From Nitrosopumilus sp. (GTDB lineage Archaea > Thermoproteota > Nitrososphaeria > Nitrososphaerales > Nitrosopumilaceae), in contig OZ242186.1 in the NCBI GenBank assembly GCA_965205675.1, positions 1,120,001 to 1,184,000 of the forward strand: DNA of 64,000 nt, read 5' to 3'. Below are positions 30,590-39,403 of the stretch, one piece after another. The notes under the pieces are model-generated. The model saw only the letters and a list, made by a program, of their open reading frames with translations. It made no database searches and was not told the DNA's origin. The position numbers were made by a program, and so were the translations under genes. The first letter of the stretch is position 1, and each line of letters starts with the position of its first letter.

Positions 30590-30822
30590 TACTGATTTGA
30601 AGCTATTTCATGTCTTTATTTGTTAAGATTTTTAGAGTTTTCTAGAAATCATCAATATTTTACCTAATCTTACATCAAACTAACCATTAAAATCTCCCTT
30701 ATGCTGTATATTCTAAAGAAAATCAAGGTTCCACTGTTTTTGCATTCCAAATCAAAACATACAAGTCGTTTCTTAATAGATCTACACCTAAGATTTTTAA
30801 TCCTTGTTTTCTGCTAGATCAC

Positions 30823-31224
30823 ATGTTCTCATTTTTTACTACTAATGAAGCAAATGTCGCATTACCAGATGTAATAAAAAAATTTGAATATGCATTAGTA
30901 AAAAACACCGAAGTAAAGAAAATAGAACAAGAATTACAGATTAATGTATCTACTACAAATTCTTTTGAATCTTATGTAAATTTAAAACAAAAACTAAATT
31001 CTGCAATTACAAAATTCTATGAATCTGTTGAAATATTGGAAAATACAGGTGTTGTTGTCAAAAGCATTGAACAAGGATTGCTGGATTTTCCCTCAAAACG
31101 ATTTGATGAAGAAGTTTGGCTATGTTGGAAATATGGTGAAACTGAGATTAAATTTTGGCATGAAAAAGATTCAGGATTTATGGGTAGAAAACCAATTGAA
31201 GTTAATGATGATTCGTTGATTTAA
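30823..31224 (+). CDS. DUF2203-like protein
   Basis: GLLDFP...LCWKYGE...WH...GFMGRKPI. Confidence 0.85.
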   Translation: MFSFFTTNEANVALPDVIKKFEYALVKNTEVKKIEQELQINVSTTNSFESYVNLKQKLNSAITKFYESVEILENTGVVVKSIEQGLLDFPSKRFDEEVWLCWKYGETEIKFWHEKDSGFMGRKPIEVNDDSLI

Positions 31225-31241
31225 TTTTTTAAGAGCATGAC

Positions 31242-31289
31242 AAAAGCAATTTGGTAAGAAACTGTTATTATTTACAGGTGATGCATCAT
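31242..31289 (+). pseudogene. ~45-bp internal fragment of the IS630 transposase
   Basis: CAATTTGGTAAGAAACTGTTATTATTT...ATGCATCAT matches ~36265-36308. Confidence 0.7.
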
Positions 31290-31493
31290 CAATTACTTAA
31301 ATTCAATTTTGATGTTAAATGGATCTAGTTCAAATAACTAAGTGAATTTCATATTCCATTGGGGTTTATTTTCATCCACAAAACTGTAGACTAGGATACT
31401 AAAAATAACGGTTCGCTCCAGTTTGAATTTGTTCCAAATGATCAATTAATGAAATCCTCTCAAATTATTTTATAAGAAAATAAAAAAAATGGA

Positions 31494-33185
31494 CTAGAGT
31501 CCAAATGGGGTTTTTAACAAGACGCCACCGACTGGCACATTAGGTTCAGGGTTTGAATCTCCAATAGGTTCTTCAGTAATCACAATTGCATCATAAATCC
31601 AAGGATTTACCATATGTTGTGAGAACAAAAGGTTTCCATTATCATGAGATTTGCCTAAACTTAGCTTATAGCCAGAGTCCATATCGACAAGCCAACCTTC
31701 TTGAATCATTCCTGATGAAGTATTTTCGATGTAAGTAGTTACAATGACATGATCACCATCATCTACGGAAATTGAAAAAGTTCCAACAATGTTGCCGCCA
31801 AATGGAGCATCACCTGAAGGGGCAGTTAATTCACCATTCATAGAATTATCTTTCATCATTTTGTCATCCATCATGTGATCGTCTTTCATCATTTTGTCAT
31901 CCATCATGTGATCGTCTTTCATCATTTTGTCATCCATCATGTGATCGTCTTTCATCATTTTGTCATCCATCATGTGATCGTCTTTCATCATTTTGTCATC
32001 CATCATGTGATCGTCTTTCATCATTTTGTCCATCTTGGCATCAACTTCAACAAATGGGCAATTTACTACAAAACCAGCTAAACCAGTTTCAAGTTTGCCT
32101 CTAGATGCTGCCTGAGTTATCTCCTCCACCGTCTTTAGAAAATCTGCGCTATCAGGATTATCCCATGTTGCAGTTTGAATTCTCCAGAGGGGGCTATAGA
32201 ATTTGTCGCCAACAGTTGTTGAGCCAATACTTGCTTGGAATCCTAGTGGTCCATTACCTTCTAAACCATTTGTAAATACATACAAGTCTGAGGATGATGC
32301 AGTAGATATTGTTTCTTGAATTCTAGGTACATGAATCACACCTAGTGCATCTGCAGTATCTTTTGAGGATGTATCAGTTGCAATGTAATAGATAGTATCA
32401 CCGTTTGGTGCAAAACCTCTATGTGCAACAAATGTTACTTTCATATGATCAAGATCAATATTAAGTACTTGTCCTCCACCATATGGATCAGCGTCAGTTA
32501 CGTAAGAATTATCTCGGAGTTGGAGTTGATCACCATCCCATTTTACAAATGGGCAGTTTACAATTACGCCAGCTTCTTCAACAGATAATTCCCCATCACT
32601 TTGAGCTTTAAGGATATCCATTTCGGATTTTAATTCTCTTGGTTCTGAATCCTCATTCCATGTTACTGCATTTACATTCCATAATGGACTGTATTTGTCA
32701 TCTCCTGGTTGTGAATCAGCAACTTGTGGTTGAAAACCAAAAGCTCCATTGCCTTCTACACCATTAGTAAAAGCATAGATTTGTGCAAGTGATTCTTCGG
32801 GAGTGAATTCTAATGCAGGGGTGTAAGCAACTCGGAATCCTGTAAGATCAGTTAAATGATTAGCAACCTCTTCTACTGATGCTTCAGTAGAGATATAGAA
32901 AACCTCTCCACCATTTACATATCCTTTGGTTAAAGGAATATCAATCGGTAAATTGATGTTAGGAAGTGTTGGTTGTTTTTTTGAACTAGTCATACTAGAT
33001 TGGGATTCAACTTCTGAGCATAATCGATCACCACATACAACGGAATTTGCAGATCCGTATTGAGCTAGACGATTTCCATCGCTTTTTAACGCTTCAGCAT
33101 TTGGAATCAATTCTACAGATGTTACAGTAGCAGATGTCATAAGAACAGTCATAATGAATAGGACTGAAATTGTTTTATTCGTCAT
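31494..33185 (-). CDS. Secreted protein with duplicated domain and His/Met-rich repeat linker
   Basis: Signal peptide, VCGDRLC motif, two homologous domains (YISTEAS..YSPLW..VNCPFV), (KDDHMMDDKMM)5, C-terminal EGWLVD..ITEEP domain. Confidence 0.88.
   Translation of the reverse strand: MTNKTISVLFIMTVLMTSATVTSVELIPNAEALKSDGNRLAQYGSANSVVCGDRLCSEVESQSSMTSSKKQPTLPNINLPIDIPLTKGYVNGGEVFYISTEASVEEVANHLTDLTGFRVAYTPALEFTPEESLAQIYAFTNGVEGNGAFGFQPQVADSQPGDDKYSPLWNVNAVTWNEDSEPRELKSEMDILKAQSDGELSVEEAGVIVNCPFVKWDGDQLQLRDNSYVTDADPYGGGQVLNIDLDHMKVTFVAHRGFAPNGDTIYYIATDTSSKDTADALGVIHVPRIQETISTASSSDLYVFTNGLEGNGPLGFQASIGSTTVGDKFYSPLWRIQTATWDNPDSADFLKTVEEITQAASRGKLETGLAGFVVNCPFVEVDAKMDKMMKDDHMMDDKMMKDDHMMDDKMMKDDHMMDDKMMKDDHMMDDKMMKDDHMMDDKMMKDNSMNGELTAPSGDAPFGGNIVGTFSISVDDGDHVIVTTYIENTSSGMIQEGWLVDMDSGYKLSLGKSHDNGNLLFSQHMVNPWIYDAIVITEEPIGDSNPEPNVPVGGVLLKTPFGL
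31849..32030. repeat. 33-bp tandem repeat, 5 copies plus a partial
   Basis: TCTTTCATCATTTTGTCATCCATCATGTGATCG at 31849, 31882, 31915, 31948, 31981; partial at 32014. Confidence 0.93.
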
Positions 33186-33287
33186 TATGGAATAAAATAA
33201 CTTTAGATATTAAGTATGTTTTCCACTTTTCACCCTAATCTTTTGAGAAACAATTTTTGGGATAAAAATAGGCATAAAAATACAATT

Positions 33288-33800
33288 TTATAAATGAAAG
33301 ATTTGTTTCCTAGTTATCAAATTTAAGCTCAAATTACAGCCAAAAAAGATTGGGATTACAAATTTACAGTGTATATATACCTCAGAAAAAATATGATGGC
33401 TAACAATACATCTCACGTAACAAATGCCATATTTTGCATCTTGATTCAGAGATGATCTCCGAAGATGAATCCTGTATTGGACCAGGGCTTTGTTGGTCCT
33501 GTCATATTTGATGCGACCTCTGTACCCTTGGGTTTCTAGTTCTTGTTCGATATAGTTTTTTGCCAAGAGTAGTTTTTGATTTTGTGCATTTTTGATACTT
33601 GCACTTGTAATGTTTTGTTGAGCCATTGGCGTCAACTCCTTTTATTCTGGCTGTAACGTCACCAGTAGTACGATTCCCGGCATGAGAGTTAGCTTGAGTT
33701 ACTCCCTTTTGGAAATAACTTGTTACAACTCTGTGGGAATAATTTCAAAAATCATTTTGATTTTCTTTGATATCATCTCATACCCATCTGCTGAGTCAGT
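33288..33800 (-). pseudogene. Degraded gene or mobile-element remnant, identity unclear
   Basis: Broken frames; one reads NKGVDANGSTKHYKCKYQKC, reminiscent of transposase zinc ribbons. Confidence 0.3.
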
Positions 33801-33869
33801 CCTGAAATTACTTCAAGATAAAATGGGTTTGGATGAGTAGACTCAGTCAAAAAAATATTTGTTTGTTGC

Positions 33870-34139
33870 CTAGTCTTTGTTGTAGACTGATTTGTGGTCG
33901 CATACTCGCATCAAGTCTATTGTATTTTCAGAATATCTTATGTTGTATAGTATTCTGTATTTCCCTACATTGTATACAAATACTCGCATGTCTGGTTTGT
34001 ATATTCCTAAATCTGATAGATTCTTAGAATTTTCTAATTCTTGGATTGTCTGATTTATTCTTTGTTTGATTTGGGAATCAAGATGCGTGTATTGTTTTTT
34101 AAATTTTGTTTCTGCTTTGGTTTCCCATTGGGCAGCCAT
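33870..34139 (-). CDS. RelE/ParE-family toxin
   Basis: KFKKQYTHL...VGKYRILY...VCDHKSVY. Confidence 0.82.
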   Translation of the reverse strand: MAAQWETKAETKFKKQYTHLDSQIKQRINQTIQELENSKNLSDLGIYKPDMRVFVYNVGKYRILYNIRYSENTIDLMRVCDHKSVYNKD

Positions 34140-34141
34140 GC

Positions 34142-34384
34142 TTAATCATTGAGCCACTTGATGAACTCATCAGAAGTCTTGAATGTCTTCTTTCCATCAT
34201 CGCTGCTTCTAAACTCTATGATATCTAATACCTCTTCTGGAATTAGATCATCTTCATGCAGTGATTTTAGGTGTCCCTCAAAAGTATCTGATCTGTAGCT
34301 GCCTCGCTCAAAGTCTTTTCTGATTATCTCCAATTTGTCTTCTGGAAGATTATCAAAAGGATTCATAGTTTTTGTCTCAAACAT
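34142..34384 (-). CDS. Putative cognate antitoxin
   Basis: Acidic 80-aa ORF 2 nt upstream of the toxin, ending FKTSDEFIKWLND. Confidence 0.72.
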   Translation of the reverse strand: MFETKTMNPFDNLPEDKLEIIRKDFERGSYRSDTFEGHLKSLHEDDLIPEEVLDIIEFRSSDDGKKTFKTSDEFIKWLND

Positions 34385-34527
34385 GATTCTTGATGATGTC
34401 CTCTTGCTTTTTAAGATTGACCAATCTTTTCAAGTTTGTGAACTGTTTGCAGCACCTGCCCCTTTATGATACAGCCAACTGTATTTTCTGCTACAAGATT
34501 TGATTTCTGTATCAGTTGTGCATATGC

Positions 34528-34835
34528 GGGTGTGTCCTAAAACTATCCTCTAACATGTTTTGTAACCTCCATCAAATTAACAACTCGTATGTTGTAACAA
34601 ATTACACGCAACGCCAACTCTTTTCTTTGAACCAGCTTGTTTTTTGATGACAAGCTATTTCCAAAGATTTCTTTGAGTACTGCAAATCCTGATTCAACAA
34701 GTGACCTCTTGTGACAATGTCTGTCAAATTCATCTTGATTGTCCTGGAATAATGTTATCATTTTTTTCCATGATGCAGAGCCTTTGGGATTTCTAACTGT
34801 GTTCTTCTTTGGTTTGATGTATGGTATCTTTTGCA
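34528..34835 (-). pseudogene. C-terminal fragment of a DDE (IS4/IS5-type) transposase with one end
   Basis: PYIKPKKN...KRSLVESGFAVLKEIFG...ICYNI; IR-like GGGTGTGTCCTAAAA next to the stop. Confidence 0.8.
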
Positions 34836-34943
34836 GAGAGCGGGTTTCATTAACAGTACTTGGTGCTGTGTTTCCCAACATGACTAGTTGATCCAATTAA
34901 TTTCATCACCCAAGCTTTAGATCAGAATATTCTGTATTATTCC

Positions 34944-35403
34944 ATGAACAGAAACTGGAAAAATTACAACAAAACACTAGTTAGACGTGGAGAAATCATG
35001 TTGTCCTTTGACGCAATGGAATCATGGAGTATGGAACTAAAAGAGATGAATCACAAAAAGGAAGGTCATCGATTTGTCTATCCTGAATCCTTCATGGAGG
35101 CGCTAGGATACTGTCATCTCTATTTGCATCTTCCATTCAGACAAACAGAAGGTCTGATAAAATCACACCTCCAATCCAAAACAAAGACTCCCACATATTC
35201 TGCCATTTGGAAACGTGTCAACAAACTTGACATCAAGATGAATCCAAAACTAGGAAAAGACATTGTCATTGCAATAGACTCAACTGGAATCAAGGTTGCA
35301 GACAGAGGTGAGTGGATGAGACAGAAATGGCAGAAGAGAAGAGGATTTCTTAAAATTCATGTGGCAGTAGATGTGAAATCTAAACAGATCACAGGGATTG
35401 ATA
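34944..35403 (+). pseudogene. IS5 transposase, N-terminal half
   Basis: NWKNYNKTLVRRG, LPFRQTEG, AIDSTGIKV, KIHVAVD. Confidence 0.9.
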
Positions 35404-36549
35404 TAGTTTAGGCATATAAATTTTGAATAAACTGTCAAGTATTTTAACCCAAAAGATCTAGATCGTAGAATCAATTAATGAAACCATGTCAAAGAGTACA
35501 AGACAATCCAAGGTTTCCTCTGGGAATCAATTCATGAAAGGTACAAGCATTAATTTTTTGAGAAAAGCATGCAAGAATGAAAAAAATGCAAAAGCAAAGA
35601 TAAGATTAAAGGCTGCAATACTAAGAAAACAAAATATTCCGTATTCTGTGATATGTGCAAGTCTGGATGTCATACCATCAACTCTGTCCTACTGGCTAAA
35701 TCGAATGGATGAAGAGGGAATATCTGCATCACGCCGCAAGAAATATTCTGGTTCTAGATGTTTTTTAAATGAAAAACAACTAGTATCATTAAGAAATGAT
35801 CTGATTTCAGGTCCTCAGAGATTTGGATTTAATCAATTCATGTGGAGTACAAGAATGGTAATTACACATGTGAATAAAAAATACAACACCCTATACTCTG
35901 CACGTGGAATGCGAGAATTGCTACACAGAATTGGATTTTCATCTAAAAAACCACGTCCCACACATCATAAATCAGCCTCAAAAGAGGAACAAACCCGTTT
36001 TAAAAAAACGCAAAAAGGAGTATCAAAAAATATTCCAAATTGGGACATATCACGCTATGTCTGGATGAGTCAACAAACAAGATAGCACCTAACATAAAGC
36101 GCGGATGGTATCTTGCAGAGAATAACATTACCACACCAATTAATTACACTCGAGAAAAATTTCAATCATTTGGTGCATTGGGGAATAACGGTGTATTTTT
36201 TTGCAAGTTCTATGATAAATCAAACACAGACTCATTTCTTGATTTCTTAAAATCCTTGCAGAAACAATTTGGTAAGAAACTGTTATTATTTGCAGACAAT
36301 GCATCATACCACAAAAGTGTCAGAGTAAAAGAATTTCTCAAAGCATCAAAAAGAAATGTAATCATAAGATATTTTCCTGCATACACTCCAGAACTCAATC
36401 CAATTGAGGTACAGTGGAGAGAAGAGAAAAATGGTAATGCCAATACATTCTTTGCAAATGGAACTGAGATGAGAAAACACATGCAGAAGAGACTAGATAA
36501 TGGAGACGTTCGAGTTGTGAAATTATTCAAATATTTAATGCCTTAACTA
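35404..36549 (+). mobile_element. IS630-family element (two-ORF form)
   Basis: TA duplication at 35402-03 and 36550-51; IRs TAGTTTAGGCAT / ATGCCTTAACTA. Confidence 0.92.
35486..36546 (+). CDS. IS630 transposase (OrfA 35486-36085 + OrfB to 36546; probable -1 frameshift)
   Basis: HTH part, then LDES, DNASYH, YTPELNPIE; slippery TTTTAAAAAAAC at 35998-36009. Confidence 0.88.
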
Positions 36550-36551
36550 TA

Positions 36552-36958
36552 TTACAGATGACAAGTCACATGATTCAAAACATTTCATATCGCTAGTTGA
36601 GCAATCAAAACAGTTTGGCAATGTCACTAAAACTTTGGCTGATGGTGCATATGATACAAAGGATAATTTTTCATATCTGTATTATGATAATGATATTCTA
36701 CCTGCAATTAAAACAAGAAAAAACTCATCAGTTGTAACTGATTGTTATCCTCGGAGAAAGTCTGTTTTGGCACAATTGTATAACTTGGATCTATGGAAGC
36801 TCAGCGTAAGCTATGGGGATAGATGGATTGTAGAGGGAGCATTCTCTGTATTCAAAAGAATGTTTGGAGAGCATGTGACATCGCACAAGAGAGAAAACAT
36901 GATTCATGAATTGAAAATGAAAGTTTGTCTGTACAATAAAATGATTGCAATGCAATAG
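36552..36958 (+). pseudogene. IS5 transposase, C-terminal half
   Basis: ADGAYDT, YGDRWIVEGAFSVFKRMFG; joins 35403 in frame once the IS630 is removed. Confidence 0.9.
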
Positions 36959-37131
36959 AATCAGAAATGATTTCAAAGCATCAAAGAGTGTTGATGGTTA
37001 TTTGGGGTTGGGAAACAAAGCAGTACTTGGGAAAGTAATCCAATTTAGATCACAAACTAACCATTATTTCATCAGTTAAACAACAAATTTGGATAGAAAA
37101 AGCTTGATGGAGGTGTGCTGCTCCATCAAAT

Positions 37132-37498
37132 ATGAATCATAATCTTGATTTTGCACACCTTAGAAATTCAACAACTCAAGCATTTGCAAATATTGCTAAA
37201 ATAATGTGCACAACATTGTCGTTTTCTACTTCACAGAAAAACAACGCACAATACAATTCAGAGGACATTCATCATTTCATCATGGAGTGTTGTCTTGGTA
37301 ACTGTTATTCTGAATCAACTACAAAGAAATTGAAGATAAAAACAGAATGCATCATTCCATCAGGCTCTTGGATTAGAAAGCAGATTGCAAAAATACCGCA
37401 AGAGAAAATGATTATTGCATTATCTGATGAAATTGATCAAACAATTACACACCTAAAGAATTTGGGAATGTTGAATCATCCAGTAACTGTTGCAATTG
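37132..37498 (+). pseudogene. ISH3-like transposase, N-terminal part
   Basis: Truncated at VTVAI (first DDE strand) by an IS3 end. Confidence 0.78.
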
Positions 37499-37635
37499 TG
37501 GTCTGGTCCCCTCTAGAGTAGGACCGGTAGCATACATACACTTTTCAGATAACTTGGGAGGCTTACCCTCATGGTAAAGAGCAAATTCACATCAGCAGAA
37601 AAGTCAAGAGTGGTTTTAGAGTCACTAAACACAAA
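37499..37635 (+). mobile_element. IS3 left-end fragment (same element as 12301-13542)
   Basis: Near-identical to reverse complement of 13406-13542; orfA start MVKSKFTSAEKSRVVLESLNT. Confidence 0.92.
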
Positions 37636-37679
37636 TCTATGTGAAATCTTTAAAAACATTTGCACTCTTTTGCAACACA

Positions 37680-37855
37680 TGAGAATGGCTACCGCTAGAG
37701 ATGATCCCATTCATTTTCAAAAGATGAAACCGGACACATATCTATTCGAGGATCTCCCTCAGTACCATTCTTCATCCATTTATCAGAACCATGCCGCAGT
37801 TACAAAACGAGGATCTCCCTCAATATGTTTAACGAGGATTATAGTTCTGATCATA
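37680..37855 (-). ncRNA. Candidate bridge/seekRNA of the IS110/IS1111 element
   Basis: Two closed stem domains (37782-92 with 37841-51; 37682-94 with 37760-71), each associated with a copy of TGAGGGAGATCCTCG; position matches the IS1111 ncRNA layout. Confidence 0.65.
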
Positions 37856-37863
37856 ATGTTTCA

Positions 37864-38973
37864 TTATGCATTTTTGATGCACTGGTAAAATGTCATGTTG
37901 TTTTTTAACATCCAGTAAATTATTCTCAACAGTTTGGATGCTGCTGCCACTGCAGCTTTTGATGTCCCCCTCTTTTTTGCAAGACGTTTGTAAAAATTTG
38001 TAATGGTGCTGTTTTTTGCATATCTTACATGAGAATGTACTGCCTCCACCAGAACCCAGCGTAACATGCTACTTCCTCTTCTTGTTATGGACCCATGGCG
38101 TATGGTGTCAGCTGAGTTTCTCACCGATGGTACAATTCCTGCATATGAACACAGTTTGTGAGAATCTGAAAATCTTTCGATATTGTCAATTTCAGAGGAT
38201 ATGGTTAATGCAGTAAATCTTCCAACACCAGGTATTGATTCTAAGAGTTGTGCATTAGAATCATGTTTTAGAGCATCCTTGATTCTCATGTCTGACTCTG
38301 CGATTCTATCATTGATTGATATTGTCATCTTGAGATATCCATCTATTCGATAGTCATCTAATCCCAACAGTTTGTGCACATATGAATCAGAAAATGCAGT
38401 TCCTGGTATCTTGATTGCATTTTGTAAGGTTATACTGTGAATCAAATTTTTCATCCTTGTCCTGTTGCGGACTAGTTTGGTTCTATATCTCACCAGTTGT
38501 CTTGTTTGCACGGTATCTTTTTCTGGTACATGACAAGATGAGATGTATCCTCCTCTTAGCAAATCTGCCAAGATGTGAGCATCAATCTTGTCAGTTTTTT
38601 TCTTTGATGCTGCAATTGCTTTTGTGTGATATGGGTTTGATAGTATTACATCAAATCCTAGTTCGTCTCGCAGAAACCTAAACACGCCATACCAGACAGA
38701 TGATGATTCCATTACACATTTTGAGTTTTTTGGGATTGCAGAAAATACTTTTTTGATATCCTCTCTGGTGTTTGTAATTTTTTCATTGAATAATGTATGT
38801 CCTTTATCATCCATTGTTTCGACCTGTAAGAATTCTTTGTGCAAATCAATTCCGACATAGGTCATGGGTTTTGTCTTTCTAGTCCTAATGATTTTCTTTG
38901 GTTTTTTCTTGGAGGTGTATCTTTTAGAAACTATAGAATCAGCAGTACCATCTAAATTTCGTTGTTTATTCAC
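37864..38973 (-). CDS. IS110-family DEDD recombinase/transposase, intact
   Basis: YVGIDLHK, VMESS, KKTDKIDA, LESIPGVG, SYAGIVPSVRNSA; alternative ATG start at 38865. Confidence 0.93.
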   Translation of the reverse strand: MNKQRNLDGTADSIVSKRYTSKKKPKKIIRTRKTKPMTYVGIDLHKEFLQVETMDDKGHTLFNEKITNTREDIKKVFSAIPKNSKCVMESSSVWYGVFRFLRDELGFDVILSNPYHTKAIAASKKKTDKIDAHILADLLRGGYISSCHVPEKDTVQTRQLVRYRTKLVRNRTRMKNLIHSITLQNAIKIPGTAFSDSYVHKLLGLDDYRIDGYLKMTISINDRIAESDMRIKDALKHDSNAQLLESIPGVGRFTALTISSEIDNIERFSDSHKLCSYAGIVPSVRNSADTIRHGSITRRGSSMLRWVLVEAVHSHVRYAKNSTITNFYKRLAKKRGTSKAAVAAASKLLRIIYWMLKNNMTFYQCIKNA

Positions 38974-39403
38974 ATATGGTTACTTTGCAACAAATATCAA
39001 AAGAGCAGAGATATCCCAAGACATTTGGCAAATCCAGGACCAGTATCGCAGAAGGTGGGGAATAGAGACAGGTTATGCATGTGTGGAAAAGTTCAGACCA
39101 AGGACATGCAGTGTTAATCCGACTGTCAGGTTTTTGTATTTTTTCTATCCTTTGATTTTGTTTAATGCATGGGTTATTGCAAATTGTACGTTGAAGAATA
39201 TTTGTTCTATCAATCACACAAATCCAATAATTACAATTGAGATCCTCAAGTGCATCTTTGGAATTATTATTGTGGGTTTCTTTAGAAGAATAAAATCCCA
39301 ATACTATTTGGAAGATGTCAGGTAGTTACTTTCCCAAGTACTGTAGACAGATACAAACAAGCCCATTTTTATTTCATGTAAAAAATTAACAAGTGAAAAT
39401 AAG

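Larger units (their letters stand above)
34864..37022 (+). mobile_element. IS5-family (IS903-like) element interrupted by IS630
   Basis: IRs TGCTGTGTTTCCCAAC / GTTGGGAAACAAAGCA; 8-bp target duplication GTACTTGG. Confidence 0.92.
37636..38983 (-). mobile_element. IS110-family element of IS1111 type
   Basis: Subterminal IR TATGTGAA (37638-45) / TTCACATA (38969-76); long non-coding region 3' of the transposase; exact ends uncertain by a few nt. Confidence 0.87.
34854..39343 (+). mobile_element. ISH3-like outer element, disrupted by nested insertions
   Basis: After removing the IS5, the left end reads CAGTACTTGGGAAAGTAA, the perfect IR of TTACTTTCCCAAGTACTG (39326-39343); transposase pieces at 37132-37498 and ~38984-39325 (FATN...YRRRWGIETGY). 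Confidence 0.85.

Noticed and set aside
31849-32030. 33-bp repeats here and at 39420-39643 as CRISPR arrays
   Set aside because: No spacers, unit lengths are multiples of 3 inside ORFs, and no cas genes are present
37571-37888. 105-aa plus-strand ORF as a novel gene
   Set aside because: Chimera of the IS3 orfA start read into the antisense of the IS110 non-coding end
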